DNA of 63,395 nucleotides, counting the filler, from Deltaproteobacteria bacterium (GTDB taxonomy: Bacteria; JAUYMQ01), in the NCBI GenBank assembly GCA_030698575.1. It is 12 parts of 12 records of this genome, joined end to end, with 100 filler letters (N's around TTAATTAATTAA, not from the genome) between each part and the next. Parts side by side here need not be neighbours in the genome. Positions count along the whole stretch, not along the records: positions 60,572 to 63,395 come from JAUYMQ010000450.1; 11 more parts are not named here. The stretch is one strand, 5' to 3'. Shown here in pieces: positions 60,849 through 63,395 of the stretch. Position 1 is the stretch's first letter. Every line of letters starts with the position of its first letter. A model generated the notes under the pieces. The model was not told the origin of the DNA, did not search any database, and saw nothing but the letters and a program-made list of their open reading frames with translations. A program made the translations under genes and the position numbers.

Positions 60849-61331
60849 ATGTTGCGAAGGAACCTGGTTCTCGGATTTGTCCTGCTGGGAATCTTCTGGG
60901 CCAGCCCGGCCGGGGCCAACGGCGGGACCCTGTACGATCTTTCGGGGACGGCCACGGTTCGGGTAGGGAGTGTCTCGCAGAGCTTCCCGGTAACCGCCAT
61001 GCTCGCGCTCAACAGCGACCGGACCTACCTCTACCAGGAGGACGGCGCGAACATCTCCGACATGGGGGCGTGGTTCGAGCTGAAGGGGAAGCTGATGCTC
61101 TATACTTCCAACCTCCTGGAGCAGATCATCAACCTAGAGCAGGAAATCGGAATGGAGGCGATGGAGCCCGTGCAGATCACCCCCCTCAAATCGAAATCGA
61201 GGGTCACGATCAGCCCTCTGACGGGAGTCCTCAGTGTCCGAACCGATTCGAGCTATCAGGTGTTCCTGATGGTGTCGAACCTGACGGTGAAGGTCTCGAC
61301 CCGGTCTGTCATGACCGGGAACCCGATCTAG
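60849..61331 (+). CDS. secreted hypothetical protein
   Basis: GAGGAGG RBS, signal peptide ending ASPAGA. Confidence 0.7.
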   Translation: MLRRNLVLGFVLLGIFWASPAGANGGTLYDLSGTATVRVGSVSQSFPVTAMLALNSDRTYLYQEDGANISDMGAWFELKGKLMLYTSNLLEQIINLEQEIGMEAMEPVQITPLKSKSRVTISPLTGVLSVRTDSSYQVFLMVSNLTVKVSTRSVMTGNPI

Positions 61332-61419
61332 GGGCCCGAACCCGGCGCGCCGCGGGCATCGCGGTGGAATTCTCCCGCCTTTTTGGTAGAGTGCCCTCCC
61401 GTTCCGCCAGGGACCCAGT

Positions 61420-61460
61420 GGCTGCGTAGCTCAGTGGTTAGAGCGAGGGTCTCATAAGCC
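61420..61460 (+). tRNA. 5' half of tRNA-Met(CAT), truncated after the anticodon loop; putative att junction
   Basis: GGCTGCGTAGCTCAGTGGTTAGAGCGAGGGT-CTCATAA-GCC; no T-arm (GTTCG) or CGCAGCC acceptor strand follows; extended -10-like TGGTAGAGT upstream. Confidence 0.8.
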
Positions 61461-61488
61461 TCTGGCAAACGGCGCTCTCGACAAAGGG

Positions 61489-61513
61489 AAAGCCCCGATA
61501 ACTCGGGGCTTTT
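61489..61513 (+). terminator. hairpin terminator just inside the element
   Basis: AAAGCCCCGA-TAAC-TCGGGGCTTTT. Confidence 0.65.
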
Positions 61514-61860
61514 CTGCATTTCGACGCCCGCATCCGGCTGAATCGCCGCCGCCAGATATTCCGCGTCCCGCCGCGCTTTCCTCGACGTTCCTATTTATTC
61601 ACCATGCGTTTGCGGGCCTCTTAAGCGTTGAACTCTGCGGGCCTCCCGGGCCTCGGAGCATCGCGCAGGCCGTTATACTTTGGGCTTCTAAAAAATCTTG
61701 CGTGCGCGATGGTAAGCGTTTATAAAACTAGGCGCGAGACATAACGCCCGACGGCCTGATCCCCGTCGAGCGGCGGAAGTCGGAAGTCGATCGGAAAGCG
61801 ACTCTGAGTCCTCACGGACGCGGGTCGCTTTTTTATTTCTACTGGGGGGGCGAGGTACAC

Positions 61861-62100
61861 ATGAAGGCGTCGCCAAAGTTTCGAGAAGCGATGCGGGCTG
61901 CTGGCTACGAGTCTCAGAACGAGCTCGCGCGCGCGGCGTGCATCAACGCGCCCGTGCTCTCCTGCATCCTGTCGGGCCGTATGCGCCCGACGGACGCGGA
62001 GCGAAAGCGTCTGCGCGGCGTGCTCGGCCGCGACATCGCCGAATTCACGCCCACACATGAATCCGGAGGAAGCGGTGCCCAGGAAGTCGTCGCCGCCTGA
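61861..62100 (+). CDS. Cro/XRE-like HTH protein
   Basis: SQNELARAACINAPVLSCILSGRMRP; GAGG RBS. Confidence 0.75.
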   Translation: MKASPKFREAMRAAGYESQNELARAACINAPVLSCILSGRMRPTDAERKRLRGVLGRDIAEFTPTHESGGSGAQEVVAA

Positions 62101-62368
62101 AATTCTCGACCTGAAGCAAGCCGCGGCGCTGATTCACGTCTCCCGCCGGGCGTTGAGCGATCACGCCCTGAGCGGGGAGGTTTGCGGCGCCTTCCGGCCC
62201 TGGCCGGGCGGGCCGTGGCGGTTCCGCCGCGCGGAGCTGCTCGGGGAGGCGCCGAAGCCGGACGGTGATGCTCGAGACGGCGCGCCAGACGTCGCACCGA
62301 AGGGAGGGCCGCGGCCTGCAAAGAGCGCCGGCGCGGACAAGTCGAGGAGCGTTTCACTCGTGCAGTGA
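62057..62368 (+). CDS. excisionase-like (HTH_17) DNA-binding protein
   Basis: ILDLKQAAALIHVSRRAL...GGPWRFRRAEL. Confidence 0.7.
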   Translation: MNPEEAVPRKSSPPEILDLKQAAALIHVSRRALSDHALSGEVCGAFRPWPGGPWRFRRAELLGEAPKPDGDARDGAPDVAPKGGPRPAKSAGADKSRSVSLVQ

Positions 62369-62451
62369 ACTAAAGGGCTGAACGTACCCCCGGCCCTGAA
62401 CGTGCGAAAACCGCGACTCTGGTCGGGGCGCGGCTTCGCGGAGAGAACACG

Positions 62452-62682
62452 ATGCGGGAGAACCTATCACACGCGCGCGACACCCGGCAAGTCCCAACGC
62501 CGCCGTCCGCGCGAAGCTCTCGCCGGCGGCCGTTTCTCATGTCCTCCCGTGGCGCCTTTATCACCTTCGCCATCCGCGACCTCGCCCGGGCCCTTCTGGC
62601 CCTCGAGCGGGCCGAGCGGTGCCGACGTGCACCGGCGGGGGTGCCTTGCCACTGTCGGGCGGTAGCAGGAGGGCGGCGATGA
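62452..62682 (+). CDS. small hypothetical protein
   Basis: Stop overlaps the primase ATG (ATGA); start 62452 or 62539. Confidence 0.45.
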   Translation: MRENLSHARDTRQVPTPPSARSSRRRPFLMSSRGAFITFAIRDLARALLALERAERCRRAPAGVPCHCRAVAGGRR

Positions 62683-63395
62683 GCTCACCCCTCGCCGAGC
62701 TGCTCCCGCGCCTCGATGGCGTCCGGCCCGCGGGCCCCGGCCGCTACACCGCGCGGTGCCCTGCTCACGACGATCGCACTCCGAGCTTGAGCGTGCGCGA
62801 GGGTGCGAACGGGCGCCCGCTCTTCCACTGCTTCGCAGGGTGCTCGTGGATCGCGGTAAGAGATGCGCTGGGCGGACTGCCCGCCCGGGCCGCCGTCGCG
62901 CCGCCAGTGCGGATCGCGGCGCTTTCACCGCTCGAGAGATCCGAGATCGCCCGCCGCCTCTGGCGCGAGTGCACGCCCGCCACGGGTACGGCCGCCCACG
63001 CCTACCTTGAGCACCGCGGGATCCAGGTCGAGCGCGTCCCCCCCAGCCTGCGTTTTCATCCGAGCTTGCGTCACCCGACAGGCCGGCGCGCGCCGGCGAT
63101 GGTGGCGGCCGTCCAGGGCCGCGACGGCCAGATCGTCGCGGTGCACCGGACCTGGATCGCGCCTCGAGGCGCCGGCAAGGCGCAGCTCGAGCCGTCGCGG
63201 GCGATGTTGGGCCCGTGCGCCGACGGGGCCGTGCGCTTCGCAGGGCCGGCCGAGCACCTGGCACTAGCGGAGGGGATCGAGACGGCGCTGAGTGTCGCGC
63301 AGGCCTGCCCGGGCCTCGCCGTGTGGGCGGCGCTCAGCACGACGGGTCTTCGGCGGATCGAACTGCCCGACGTGGTGCGGCGCGTGACGATCTGC
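62679..63395 (+). CDS. DNA primase-like protein (Zn finger + Toprim), runs off window
   Basis: ARCPAHDDRTPSLSV..FHCFAGC, AYLEHRGI, VHRTWI, LAEGIETALS, VWAALS; absent from the ORF track. Confidence 0.88.
   Translation, partial: MSSPLAELLPRLDGVRPAGPGRYTARCPAHDDRTPSLSVREGANGRPLFHCFAGCSWIAVRDALGGLPARAAVAPPVRIAALSPLERSEIARRLWRECTPATGTAAHAYLEHRGIQVERVPPSLRFHPSLRHPTGRRAPAMVAAVQGRDGQIVAVHRTWIAPRGAGKAQLEPSRAMLGPCADGAVRFAGPAEHLALAEGIETALSVAQACPGLAVWAALSTTGLRRIELPDVVRRVTIC

Larger units (their letters stand above)
61461..63395 (+). mobile_element. left end of a tRNA-integrated satellite/prophage-like element
   Basis: Broken tRNA, direct repeats (TG)CGGGCCTC x3, two HTH genes and a primase. Confidence 0.75.

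Noticed and set aside
61420-61500. Intact or intron-containing tRNA-Met
   Set aside because: No T-arm or complementary acceptor strand seen in the remaining window, and the following genes are mobile-element type

Overview
This window is not one locus. It is 12 unrelated contigs of a draft or metagenome bin, joined by 100-bp artificial spacers (N44-TTAATTAATTAA-N44) at 3868, 7138, 10246, 12924, 21859, 25453, 28071, 38781, 49465, 52695 and 60472. Gene adjacency is therefore only meaningful within a contig. The core genes (mreBCD-mrdA-rodA, dusB-ntrB-ntrC, moeA-mobB-mobA, rplJL-rpoBC, acyl-CoA metabolism) look like a GC-rich deltaproteobacterial-type (Myxococcota/Desulfobacterota-like) organism; this taxonomy is inference. 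Most notable: (1) a translationally coupled operon of a catalytically dead M35 aspzincin with a C-terminal sorting-type tail, a minimal exosortase/archaeosortase-like protein (Cys/Arg/His) and a YdbH/AsmA-like protein; (2) a tRNA-Met(CAT) broken just after the anticodon loop with only its 5' half left, followed by a terminator, arm-like repeats and a satellite-like HTH/primase module; (3) a QueG-like Fe-S/SCP2 fusion with a TetR gene and tandem operators; (4) a GGGAC(A/T)GTCCC REP-like palindrome family on two contigs; (5) insertions in RpoB and RpoC; (6) a compositionally foreign, probably viral contig; (7) several gene remnants not shown in the ORF track. All family calls come from motif recognition, not database searches.
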